A stretch of DNA of 64,000 nucleotides, counting the filler, from Octopus bimaculoides (taxonomy: Eukaryota), in the NCBI RefSeq assembly GCF_001194135.2. It is 8 parts of 8 records of this genome, joined end to end, with 100 filler letters (N's around TTAATTAATTAA, not from the genome) between each part and the next. Parts side by side here need not be neighbours in the genome. Positions count along the whole stretch, not along the records: positions 34,042 to 51,757 come from NC_068981.1; 7 more parts are not named here. The stretch is one strand, 5' to 3'. Below the pieces are notes generated by a model that had not been told where the DNA came from, did no database searches, and saw only the letters and a list, made by a program, of their open reading frames with translations. Below, piece by piece: positions 36,138 through 47,574 of the stretch (positions within the stretch are counted from its first letter, which is position 1; the number at the start of each line of letters is the position of its first letter). The translations under genes were made by a program, and so were the position numbers.

Positions 36138-37726
36138 CCTGCCCCTGGGAGCTCCTCTATGCTGATGACCTTGCCCTAATTGCGGAGTCACTATCAGAAC
36201 TAGAGGAGAAGTTTCAGGTGTGGAAGCAAGGTCTAGAATTGAAGGGCCTTAGAGTCAACCTAGCTAAAACCAAAATCCTAATAAGTAGGAAGGTAGATAA
36301 AACACAAACCCCTTCAGGTAGATGGCCCTGCTCAGTATGTAGAAAAGGAGTAGGTAGTAACTCTATAAGATGTACCCGGTGCAAGCTATGGACACATAAG
36401 AGGTGCAGCAACATCAAAGGCAGGTTAACTAGCAAGTTAGTTTTTGTTTGTGGCAGATGTTCAGGTGCAATAAAGACTGCAAACAAACAGAAAACAACTT
36501 CTATCTCNNNNNNNNNNNNNNNNNNNNNNNNNNNNNNNNNNNNNNNNNNNNNNNNNNNNNNNNNNNNNNNNNNNNNNNNNNNNNNNNNNNNNNNNNNNNN
36601 NNNNNNNNNNNNNNNNNNNNNNNNNNNNNNNNNNNNNNNNNNNNNNNNNNNNNNNNNNNNNNNNNNNNNNNNNNNNNNNNNNNNNNNNNNNNNNNNNNNN
36701 NNNNNNNNNNNNNNNNNNNNNNNNNNNNNNNNNNNNNNNNNNNNNNNNNNNNNNNNNNNNNNNNNNNNNNNNNNNNNNNNNNNNNNNNNNNNNNNNNNNN
36801 NNNNNNNNNNNNNNNNNNNNNNNNNNNNNNNNNNNNNNNNNNNNNNNNNNNNNNNNNNNNNNNNNNNNNNNNNNNNNNNNNNNNNNNNNNNNNNNNNNNN
36901 NNNNNNNNNNNNNNNNNNNNNNNNNNNNNNNNNNNNNNNNNNNNNNNNNNNNNNNNNNNNNNNNNNNNNNNNNNNNNNNNNNNNNNNNNNNNNNNNNNNN
37001 NNNNNNNNNNNNNNNNNNNNNNNNNNNNNNNNNNNNNNNNNNNNNNNNNNNNNNNNNNNNNNNNNNNNNNNNNNNNNNNNNNNNNNNNNNNNNNNNNNNN
37101 NNNNNNNNNNNNNNNNNNNNNNNNNNNNNNNNNNNNNNNNNNNNNNNNNNNNNNNNNNNNNNNNNNNNNNNNNNNNNNNNNNNNNNNNNNNNNNNNNNNN
37201 NNNNNNNNNNNNNNNNNNNNNNNNNNNNNNNNNNNNNNNNNNNNNNNNNNNNNNNNNNNNNNNNNNNNNNNNNNNNNNNNNNNNNNNNNNNNNNNNNNNN
37301 NNNNNNNNNNNNNNNNNNNNNNNNNNNNNNNNNNNNNNNNNNNNNNNNNNNNNNNNNNNNNNNNNNNNNNNNNNNNNNNNNNNNNNNNNNNNNNNNNNNN
37401 NNNNNNNNNNNNNNNNNNNNNNNNNNNNCCGCATGACTGGCCCCTGTAGGATTTTCGAGCGAGATCGTTGCCAGTGCCCCTGGACTGGCTTGTGCGGGTG
37501 GCACATAAAAGACACCATTTCGAGCGTGGCCGTTTTCGTGCGGGTGACACGTAAAAGCACCCACTACACTCTCTGAGTGGTTGGCGTTAGGAAGGGCATC
37601 CAGCTGTAGAAACTCTGCCAAATCAGACTGGAGCCTGGTGTTGCCATCCGGTTTCACCAGTCCTCAGTCAAATCGACCAACCCATGCTAGCATGGAAAGC
37701 GGACGTTAAACGATGATGATAATGAT
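36138..37726 (+). mobile_element. 5'-truncated RTE-related LINE with a Cys-rich finger after the RT core, inserted in a SINE B
   Basis: CPWELLYADDLALIAES...GLRVNLAKTK...WPCSVCRKGVGSNSIRCTRCKLWTHKRCS...FVCGRC. (GAT)n tail ends at 37726. SINE B halves lie at 36050-36135 and 37727-37842. Confidence 0.85.
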
Positions 37727-38040
37727 GAAAGGATGAAAGGCGAAGTCGACCTTGGTGAAATTTGAACTCAGAACATAAAGATGGACAAAATGCCGCAAAA
37801 CATTTTGCTTAGCGTGTTAATGATTCTGCCAGCTCATTGCCTTTCTTTTATGGACTAATTAATAACACCACAGATAACAGTTTTCTCACTAGTGTGGAAT
37901 TTTATCATATTAACTGAAAGGAAGCAACTATGTAAAAACTAATAATGTAAGATAAACACTGAGATCACAGACACTATATAATTGGTAAAAAAATATAGGA
38001 ATTTAGAAAATATGATAGAGTAATAATAAACAATATTTAC

Positions 38041-38103
38041 CATTTTGATGTGTATTTTAACCAATTTTGGGACAGCAAAATAATTACAATTTTCTTTGGG
38101 GCA
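38041..38103 (-). CDS. NUFIP1: NUFIP1 orthologue, coding exon 3 (second zinc finger, partial)
   Basis: ttttctttttttcag|63 nt CPKENCNYFAVPKLVKIHIKM|gtaaat, phase 0/0. Resembles the second finger of human NUFIP1 as recalled (CPELDCSFTAHEKIVQFH). Confidence 0.85.
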
Positions 38104-38436
38104 CTGAAAAAAAGAAAATAAATGAGTCAATAACATAGCAAGTTCTAGGGAAAAGGGTCTAAAAAGCATTAACATCCATAGGCCCTGGTGTAACTGATGA
38201 GGGAAAAATTACTTGTATATCTCCATTGATATATCTTATACGTGGACAAGATAGAGACAGACAGACAAACAGAGGAAGCAAATACATTCAAAACACAAGA
38301 TAGGCGCAGGTTACAACTTTGCTTTGCAACTATGCATTCCACTTTGTGGCACACTATGAGCAAGAGCTTCAGAGCAACCTATGCTTTCTGAGTGGAATTA
38401 ACAGACAGAAACTGAGAGGAAAACTGTTGTGCATGC

Positions 38437-38473
<37 letters not shown>

Positions 38474-39668
38474 TTGTTCCAAATGTCATTAGTGTCTGAG
38501 TGAAAAGAAACACTGCCTTTGTTTACATTCTTCTGTAAGTAAAGATCCTGCAGTTTCAGTTTTCAACGTGAGGAATGAGAGAAAATACTTCACATGGTAA
38601 ACAGGTATGGGTTAATGACAAGAAAAGCATCCAGTTGTAGCAAATTTGCTTTGACAAGCTATGCCAGCATAGAAAAAGTAGATGTGAAACTGACCTAACA
38701 AACAAGACAATAGCAAAATAAAATCCACAAAAATTATATCAATGATGATTGTGTGTTGGTGATGTAGTAATCTTAATACTAAAACTCTAGGGATGTTTGT
38801 CTGTACCTGAAATATCTCAGAAATAGTATACTTTATCTTCATTTTTTTTCACATATATATTTTCATACTTACCTTCGGCAGTGCAGTACAAATTTTTGTA
38901 ACATTTTGACCTCTTTTTATTAATGAAAACGAGTAAACACAACTTTTGTTTGTTATTTCTTGATGAAAACAAACATGGCTTCTGTGACAACACACATAAT
39001 GTCATGACATCAATCAACAAAACACACATCTGCTATCTGTGACATATACACACACAGTCTTCTTGCCCTCAGAAAAAGGAAAAAGAATGTTGATTTTTGA
39101 AGTACACAATATTTTAATCATTCAGAAATATTTTTAACTGAATGTAATTTCGAAAATGTAAGTTATTTGTACAGTAAGTCTTTATATTTTAGACAATATT
39201 TTAAAGTTTTTTTAAAACTATTTTCAAGTTGTTAATTTCTGTAAAATTTTTTATTTAGTTAATTTTGTTTTAAAGTGAAAGATGTATGTACGTGTATATG
39301 AAATGGATTGTGCATGTGAGAGAGAAAAAACAAGAAAGAGTAGTGAGTGAAGGGATGTGTTGTCATGTATACATACATACATCAATACATGAGTACATCT
39401 TTTTTGTATGTGTGTTCTCATGTATGTGTAAGTGGCACTCTCTCTCTCTCTCACACACACACATCCATTTCATATATTGTTCATACAGCTTTTACTTTCT
39501 CCTCTCTTTCACTTTAAAACATAAGTAAATAAATACAAATTTTTTATGGAAATTAACAAACAAAACCAGCTGATCTGAATGGCAGTTCTGAGAGTCAAAG
39601 TAAAAGATCGCCCCAAGGGAATACCATTACAAAAATTTTTTGGGGTGCATTCAATGTATCTCAGCTCC

Positions 39669-39787
39669 AAAGGTTTGGCTGCTATTTCTAGCATGCTCTG
39701 CTACCACATAGCAGCTATTTGCAATAAAGGACCCAAAATACCCATTACGTGGTAGCAGGGCATGCAAGAAATAGCAGCTAAATCTTT
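39669..39787. repeat. 39-bp inverted repeat (35/39 matched) with 41-nt loop in NUFIP1 intron 2
   Basis: Arms at 39669-39707 and 39749-39787. Confidence 0.92.
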
Positions 39788-39994
39788 CCTTTTCCAGGGA
39801 AAGGAGCCGTTTATGCATGATTTCGATGTCACATTTGTTGAAAGCATGCGAAATAACCTGGAAAAGAAAGAAAAACCAATGACACAAAACTCCATTGCTG
39901 GGAAACTCAGACTTTCCAGGTGACCCAACAAGTCATAGGTAGTCTTGTAGTAAACCATTACCATTACAATACTAACATACAATGGAAGTACATA

Positions 39995-40261
39995 TTCACC
40001 ATATTGATGGCTTCCGTGCCAGTGGCACGTAAAAAACACCCACCGATCGTGGCCGTTGCCAGCCTCCACTGGCCCCTGTGCTGGTGGCACGTAAAAAGCA
40101 CCCACTACACTCAGGGAGTAGTTGGCATTAGGAAGGGCATCCAGCTGTAGAAACACTGCCAGATCAGACTGGAGCCTGGTGCAGCCTCCTGGCTTCCCAG
40201 TCAAACCGTCCAACCCATGCTAGCATGGAAAACGGACATTAAACGATGATGATGATGATGA
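39995..40261 (+). mobile_element. Short element equal to the RTE-related 3' UTR, with (GAT)n tail
   Basis: Matches 37490-37726. Further copies at 45470-45735 and, degraded, at 35520-35690 and 42960-43150. Confidence 0.8.
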
Positions 40262-40902
40262 TAGGAATAGCATTTTTGGACAGATACATATACGAGAATA
40301 AAATAATACATAAGCACTACTGAAAACCAAACCTTAATTTTTTTTTTTAAATTTTTTTTTCTTATATATATCATGGTAAATTTCAATCACTGGACAGCAA
40401 CCATGCTGGGCACTGCTTTGAAGGGTTTTAGTCAAATGAATTGCCCATACCTCTTTTTGTTTTTTAAACCTGATACTTATTCTATTGGTCCCTTATGCTC
40501 AACCACTAAATTATGGGGACATAAACAAACCAACATTGAGGTGGTGGTGGTGGTGGTGGTGGTGGTGGTAAGGCAAGGACAAAGATGCACACATACATTT
40601 ATATATATATATCATTCTTTAACAAGATTCTATTGCAACTATGACATGTGATGACTATTCACTCCCAAACTGAAATAGGCTCTCAACCTGTCATGAATGA
40701 TGATGTAGACCACTCCTATTTAAAGCCAGAACTTCCTTCGACCATTACGTAAAAAGAATTTTTTTTTTAAATGTTATTTAGATATGCTTTTATTTTAGTT
40801 GTTTACACTATTTTATGCTTGTTTATACTCTTATATATTCAAAGTTCACAAATCTTCCTATTTAAATTATGAATCATATTCCTTTCGATAATATCAATAT
40901 GA

Positions 40903-41112
40903 TTACAAAACTTCTTTGTAGACGATATTTTCTGCTTGGTTGACACTTATTTTCAAATTACTGGAGTCCATTGCTCTACTCATAGCGATGTATAACTGGC
41001 CATGTGTAAACATCGGGGTGGGTAAAAACACACCAACATGATTTAAAGTCTGGCCCTGTGTCTTGTTTGCTGTGATTGCGCAAGCAGAATCTTTAGGGTT
41101 GCAAAAAATCAA
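40903..41112 (-). mobile_element. Helitron PIF1-type helicase C-terminal remnant
   Basis: AITANKTQGQTLNHVGVFLPTPMFTHGQLYIAMSR...NIVYKEVL* is the typical RepHel C-terminus. Confidence 0.85.
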
Positions 41113-41224
41113 ACTAAGACTTACCTCTCACTGTTCTATCTAAATAATGTCTGGATGTTCTGGTACCAAACTGAGATGTAAACAACAGCTGCTTCGGATC
41201 CTGCTCAAGACTAACAATAACCAC

Positions 41225-41890
41225 TAAATAATCACACACACTTTTTCCATTCTATTTTCGCTATTAACTGTCCTTGTGGCCCCCTTTGTATCTATGATGG
41301 GGCCATGAAAACTATACAATGAAAATCCAGAGTTACTCATGGTTGATGAATTTTTAATAAAAATGTAAAGGTGATTTATAAATTCAAAAATCAATATCCC
41401 CAAAATAACCATACTTTGATTTTTTTTTAATGCTAAAAACCTTCCTGACAACTGTCTTTGTAATCCTGAAAAATATCATAACCACTGGTCCAGCTGTCTG
41501 GCCGTGAAGAGGGAACAGACAAAGAGATGGACAGGCAGACAGACATACCCATTATAGTAAGATAGCAAAACTGCCCATCTACAATGGGAAATAAAGGGAT
41601 AGTATCACAAATCTAAACCCTCTAAATTCATGAACTATATGGGGAGAAATCCAGAGTTTATCCTCATCGCTGGAATTTTAACAAAAAAAAAAAATCAAAG
41701 GTGATTTTTATTAATACAAAACTCAATCTCCACTAAATGATTGTATTTTTTAACATTTTTTTTGCTAAAAAACTTCCTGATTACCTCCTTTGTAATCCAA
41801 AAAAACATCATGACCATTGGTCCAGCCATTTGAGAAGGGGGAACAGATAGACAGATGAACATAACGCCCATTATTACTATTATTATTAAT
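41225..41890 (-). mobile_element. Two diverged tandem units resembling non-autonomous Helitron 5' ends
   Basis: 41310-41560 aligns with 41630-41880. Both end in gacag..ag...cccattat motifs similar in style to the 5' end of 4532-5412. Confidence 0.45.
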
Positions 41891-43236
41891 AAATAATAAT
41901 AATAATATAAGTGGCCAGCAAGCATTAAAGCCAAAAAGATAAATTTACAATTAATTATAATTGAGGGTACACAAAGAACCAGTGTTGCTAGAAATAAGAG
42001 TCGAAAAATACTCAAATAAGCCACAATTTCACTGAAAATTCAACAGGCTAATGAAAATTGAAGAATGAGTAAAAAAGTTAACCTACCAGTGGTTGAATCT
42101 TCACATATTTTATCTCCTTTGTGCAACTAGTTACCTCACCTTCCTCTCCCTGGAACCACTTCAACATCCATCCTTCAAACTCAATACCATCCCTTCCCAC
42201 TTTACTTTTCCCTGATTACTCTTTTCTGTGATACCAAGTATCCTTCTTCTTCTGAGCTACATCTTAGGAATACAAAACCTCATATCTGCTATCACTCTCA
42301 ACATCTCCTCATATCCGTTGTCAACAATTCCACCTTCACTCCACTATGTAACTCAGACCTTCATCTCTGTCCCTATAAATTTCTCTACCTATTTTCTCAT
42401 CTAACAATAGTCTTATTATAGTGCTACTCTCCATTCACTTCTAGTATTGCCACTTATCACCACCTCCTTCTAAGCTATTTCTTTTATGTTCTTCCCCATA
42501 CTGATATTTACTACCAACTACTCCACTGCTCTTCTACAACATTCACTATATTAAACTCTGCTCCTCCCCCCCTCTCTAATTGCTTGTCACTTTCCTTTCA
42601 CACCTCCCAATCCTAAGTTCATTTTCTTTCTTACATTCATCTTATATCTAGACAGTATGCTCTGACACTTCTTCAATGTCTGTATTCTTTCCAGTTACAC
42701 CATTTGTCTACAGCAAGAAATTTTCTCTACAATAAAACACAATGAATGGCTTTCTTACAGGTTCAAATATGCCCCAATCATATTTGAACTGGTAATAACC
42801 TCATATTTATACACATCACTGCTTAGTGCTGCCACCCTACCTCTCCAGTTACTTCCACCCACTCATATACAATATAAGGTAGCAATGTATCTCTTTTTAG
42901 CAAAACACTCGTGCATGTCCTCTATGATACTTTAGCTTCTTAGCACTAGTTACGTGGGGAGAGTTCTTTGTGTTGCAAGTTACTTAGTGACCTCACTCAA
43001 GTTGGTGTCGTGTAAAAAGCACCCAGTACAATCTGTAAAATGGCTGGCATTAGGAAGGGCTGTAGAAACCCTGTCAATCCAGACATCAGAGCTCAACAGT
43101 CTTCTGGCTCAATGGATCCTGTGAAACTATCCAACTCATACCAACATCAATTTAAACTATAAAAGTAAAAGAGTAATTTTAGTTAGACACTCATTCATTT
43201 TAGCCATTTCAGATAGTTCTTAGTGAGTGCATTTAC

Positions 43237-43353
43237 CTTTTCATGACAGTCAATATGTTCTTTGTAAATCAGCTCTGTTTTGAAGCCACGGTCACAAATA
43301 TCACAGTTAAAAGGGAAATTCTCAATAAGATTTTTCTTGTTTTTATTTTTTTC
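43237..43353 (-). CDS. NUFIP1: NUFIP1 orthologue, coding exon 2 (C2H2 zinc finger)
   Basis: ttttcag|117 nt EKNKNKKNLIENFPFNCDICDRGFKTELIYKEHIDCHEK|gtaaat. C-x2-C-x12-H-x3-H with the CD.CDRGFK signature, phase 0/0. Confidence 0.9.
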
Positions 43354-44368
43354 CTGAAAAGTACAAATATAAAACACATATATATATATATCAAGGATCA
43401 AATTTGTTTTGAAGAGATTTATTTCAATTTATCAATTTTATCACTACAGAACACTGTGTAGCAAATAACTTCAAAATTTCAATAGTCATATTATGTACTG
43501 GACTAACCATAGACCATGGCAACAAGCTTAAGAAATAATGATTTAAGTCTTGTTGCAACAATAAAAATAGAAAATTGTTCTTAAATAAGCCCCAATACAC
43601 TATGATTCAAATGAAAATTTTGAAAAACATTCCAAATTACAACTTTGGCATAATTCTGGTTAAAGCACCTCATATAACCCTTCATAACTTTTGGAATTTT
43701 CAGAAAAATTTTGAAATTTTGTGTTACACACACGAGAATTCATACGATTATGAAAAAAAAAATCGTTTTTAAATGCTCTTTTTCAAATATTTTATATCAA
43801 AAAACTAAATAAAAATTAAGGAGGAAATAAGTGATGAAAGCAAGTTCTTTCATCATAAGTATCACCAAGGTGAGTGGTGCCCTGGCCACTGGGTATTCAA
43901 TACCATAGAGCGAGTCTATGTTTTTTGGTCAAAGTACCTGACCATACCGAACAAACTTTAACTGCGCTGATACAAAGATGGATTTCACCTGGGACTCACA
44001 TAGTCAGTGATAGCTGGCGAGCATATAATAACATCGGTATCCTGAATTAGAGTGCTTACACGCACGAGGTAATTATGCATCAACAAAATTTGGTAAATTT
44101 CAATACTTTCACCCACACAATTTTCACTAGTGTGTGGAATCAAGTACCCTGACCTCCTAATATGCTGCAAACCCCTTATTTTTGTTCAGAAAATGGTGGG
44201 GTTGGAAACCAGACCCCCTCCCCCATCCCGTAATTATTGGAAATTTTTTGTTGTTGTTGTATGAATTACGGTGAACTCATAATATGCCACAAAATTCTTT
44301 ATTTAGTCTGGAAAACAAAGTAGGGTGGAAACCTCAGAAATTTCACCCCCACCCTCCTTGGGAAGTAC

Positions 44369-45424
44369 TTCTTTACCTTTTTTGCCCCTTGTGGAGCATA
44401 GGGCCTCAACAGTTATTTTCCACTTTTTGCGATCAATGGCGTGTTTTTTGTCTGCTTCCCATGTCAGGCCGGTGGTCCTGAGCTCGTCCAAAATGCTCCA
44501 CTCCCATATCTGCTTCAGGCGTCCTCGCTTCCTTTTCCCCTGCGGGTTCCAGTCAAGTGCTTGTCGTATCACATTTGAGGGTTCTTTCCGCAGTGTGTGT
44601 CTGATCCATCGCCATTTCCTTCGTTTAATCTGAACATGTATGGGCTCCTGGTTGGCCCTTTCCCACAGGTCGATGTTTGGCACTCTGTCGAACCACTTCA
44701 GATGGAGGATCTGCTGGAGACATTTGTTGATGATGGTCTGGATCTTCTTGTAGTTGCTGCAGGTGGCTCTCCATGTTTCAGAGCCACACAAAAGCACAGA
44801 TTTTACATTTGAACTAAATAAGTGGAATTTAGTTCGAGTTGAGATGGCAGTGGACTTCCATACTGGCCGAAGAATAGCAAAGGCTTGCCAAGCCTTCTTG
44901 CTTCTTGCAGTGATGTCCTCGTCTGATCCACCTGATTTGCTGATCTTGCTGCCAAGACAGACAAACTCACTAACGTCCTCCACAGGTGCCCCCTCAATTG
45001 TGATTGGCTCTTCTTGCTTGTTGTTGATACGCAGCACTTTTGTCTTTTCCTGGTTGATCCTCAAGCCCACTTGCCATGAAGTTTCTCTTAGGTGGTCTAC
45101 CTTATCTTGCATGTCTTGCAGGCGATGTGACAGTAGCGCAAGATCATCTGCGTAGTCCAAGTCCTCCAGCTTGTTCATCAGTATCCACTGAATACCTTTC
45201 CCAGAGAAGATCGTGGGCATTATTCGATTACTCTACGAGGAGTTTTCTTGCCAGGTCATCTATGCTGGGAGATTGTCGGAGGAATTCAGGGTCAGTACAG
45301 GAGTCAGGCAGGGCTGTTTGTTGTCACCACTCCTGTTCCTCGTCGTGCTGGACTGGGTCACCAGGACAGCCTATGCTACCTCCAGGAAAGGTGTTCAGTG
45401 GACACTGATGAACAAGCTGGAGGA
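44369..45424 (-). mobile_element. RTE-clade LINE, 5'-truncated with 5' inversion
   Basis: Minus part 44369-45212 reads LDYADDLALLSH...GLRINQEKTK...WNPQGKRKRGR. Plus part 45213-45424 contains TGVRQGCLLSPLLF. 12-bp TSD CTTGGGAAGTAC at 44357-44368 and 45425-45436. Confidence 0.92.
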
Positions 45425-45469
45425 CTTGGGAAGTACACCCGCACGATTTTCACTAAGAAAGAGAAAAGC

Positions 45470-45735
45470 TTGCCAGCACTGGCATAAGCAATGGCATGTA
45501 AAAAGCACCATTTAAGTGTAGTCTATGCCAGTGCCACCTGACTGGCCCCCATGCCGGTGACACTTAAAAAGCACCTACTACACACTCAGAGTGGTTGGCA
45601 TTAGGAAGGGCATCCAACGGTAGAAACCTTGCCAGAACAGATTGGAGCCTGATGCAACCTCCAGGTTTGCCAGTCCTCAGTCAAATCGTCCAACCCATGT
45701 CAGAATGGAAAGCAGATGTTAAACGATGATGATAA
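45470..45735 (+). mobile_element. RTE-related 3' UTR short element
   Basis: Iterated tggcatgtaaaaagcacc motifs, gaagggcatcca body and (GAT) tail. Confidence 0.8.
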
Positions 45736-46464
45736 TATATATTGCTATACCATTGAAAGTTTAGGTAAACTTCATCACTCACTCACTTTCTCCCTCTGTC
45801 CCCACCCAAAAATGAAACTCATTAGTTACCCAATTTCGGCGCCAAAAATTGCAAAGGGAAAGTGCTATAGTCTTTCAAATCTATTCTGCAATCTGGGATT
45901 ATTATATCCAGTGATTTTAAGAGATATGAAAATGATATTTTGTTTTAACATTATACTATTACTTGGTTCACACATATACACAAACTCTAACGTGTGTTTT
46001 TTTAGATGAATTTTGTATCAGTCTTTATCTCTCCACAGACTTCCTTACCACTAACTTCTATAACCTCTGCACTTTCACTTATTCATTTCAAACTTGTTTG
46101 AATTTCCAATCTAATGTAATCCACACTCTCTTGAAAACGTATTTCTGAAAAATGTTATCTAAAGAAACAGCAAAAATATTTGAAAATGGGTGGTGGTGGT
46201 GGTGAAATTTTCAAGGGTTCCACTCCACCCCACCCCGTTTTCCAGACCCCAAAAAGGGGCTGGCATTTTAAGTCACCGGTAATATTGTAAACATTAACCG
46301 CTGCTGCTTTTACTACTTATCTCCCCTTAATTTGTTTACTTTTTTAATATAACCATACAGAACAATTACCATCGTATGAATTCCCTAGTGTAGAATACAA
46401 ATTCACAACAATTTTCTGAAAATTCCAAAAAATATAAAAAGTTATGAGGGGTTGGGTAGAGACA

Positions 46465-46559
46465 GACTATATGTAATCTGAACCTTTCCCCCCCTTATTT
46501 ATTAATTTTTTTTACGGAATCCCACGTTAAGTGGGGAAAGGTTCAGATTACAAATAGTC
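46465..46559. repeat. 27-bp inverted repeat (26/27) in NUFIP1 intron 1
   Basis: GACTATATGTAATCTGAACCTTTCCCC ... GGGGAAAGGTTCAGATTACAAATAGTC. Confidence 0.88.
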
Positions 46560-46896
46560 CATCTGGACCTATGTACTTGCCATAGCAAGTGATCTGATCG
46601 GAGATTGTGTGCTGAAACAAAAACAATTGGAAGGTGTTTATAAGTCATTTAAAACATTTAATTTTGACAAATTAAATTTGAATGTTGAAATGAATCTCGT
46701 GTGTTTTTTAAATGGCTTATAAACCTTCCACGCTGCAATTACTTTCGAATTCAGTTCTTTATAAAATGGGAGCTTTCAGGATTACTCAAGAAATAGAATA
46801 TACTCTTAACAAATTTTACAATTCGTTTGAATGAAAAGAAATTTTTAAACAGTACAAATTATATTAGATAGCAAATTTTATAAAAATACAACAAAC

Positions 46897-47304
46897 CGGT
46901 TTTATTTGATTATTTTTGGTATTTCTTTGAGAATTGTTCTTATTTGTTGCTGAATTAGAATTATAATCTCTCTGTCTGTCATTCTTATTAGGCCACGATT
47001 GATAGTGTGGAGAGTTATAAGGTCTCTGGCGATGTTTATACCTTCCGTTCTTTACAGCGTAATTAGGATTAGAGAATGACTGTGCTCTGGGCGCGAACTC
47101 TCGGTGACTATACACACTAGATGAAGCTTCATATGACTGAGGCAATGGTGGGTGTTGATATGGTTGGTGGTAGAATTGCGGCCAAAATTGTGACTCCAGA
47201 GGATTGTAATTACTACTTTGTGTTACTGGTGTTGTGTTGTGCCAAGGAGTAAAGTTAGGTTGGTAAAATGTCGGCTGTGACCATACATTATAAGGATTCT
47301 GCAT
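46897..47304 (-). CDS. NUFIP1: NUFIP1 orthologue, first coding exon (P/Q/N/Y-rich N-terminus)
   Basis: ATG at 47304 opens 136 codons (MQNPYNVWSQP...NNQIKP) ending at a phase-0 donor GTTTGT. The assignment rests on splicing in frame to the finger exons; the start codon choice is inferred. Confidence 0.72.
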
Positions 47305-47359
47305 TCTGTTGAATAGTACTAGTACTTTATTTCCACAAGCTTCTACGTTACTCTCTCTG

Positions 47360-47424
47360 ACGCGTAATAAGCATGTCAATTAATACCACAGTAATAGCAA
47401 CACGTGCTTCTTAAAACCGGAAGT
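47360..47424 (-). promoter_or_regulatory. Putative housekeeping-type promoter of NUFIP1
   Basis: CCGGAAGT (ETS, 47417-47424), CACGTG (47401-47406) and ACGCGT (47360-47365) lie within 120 bp upstream of the ATG in an otherwise CpG-poor region. Confidence 0.55.
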
Positions 47425-47574
47425 CATGAGTTGCGTCCCTTACATTTAGTTTAAAGTTTTCTCTTTTTTTTTTGTAGTAAAAAAAATCTAATTCTTAAAT
47501 ACTTAATTTAAAATGCAAATAATCATATATCACTATATATATTTGGGTGATCTTTGGTTTTAGGTACATATCTC

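Noticed and set aside
38873-38981. Exon-like segment in NUFIP1 intron 2 with strong gtaagt donor
   Set aside because: The open frame (SHVCFHQEITNK...ALPK) needs a phase-2 start, incompatible with the phase-0 exon 2, and matches no recognised protein.
38104-46896. Intronic snoRNAs in the snoRNP-assembly gene
   Set aside because: No convincing C/D or H/ACA box arrangement with terminal stems was seen by eye; a snoscan or Infernal search would be needed.
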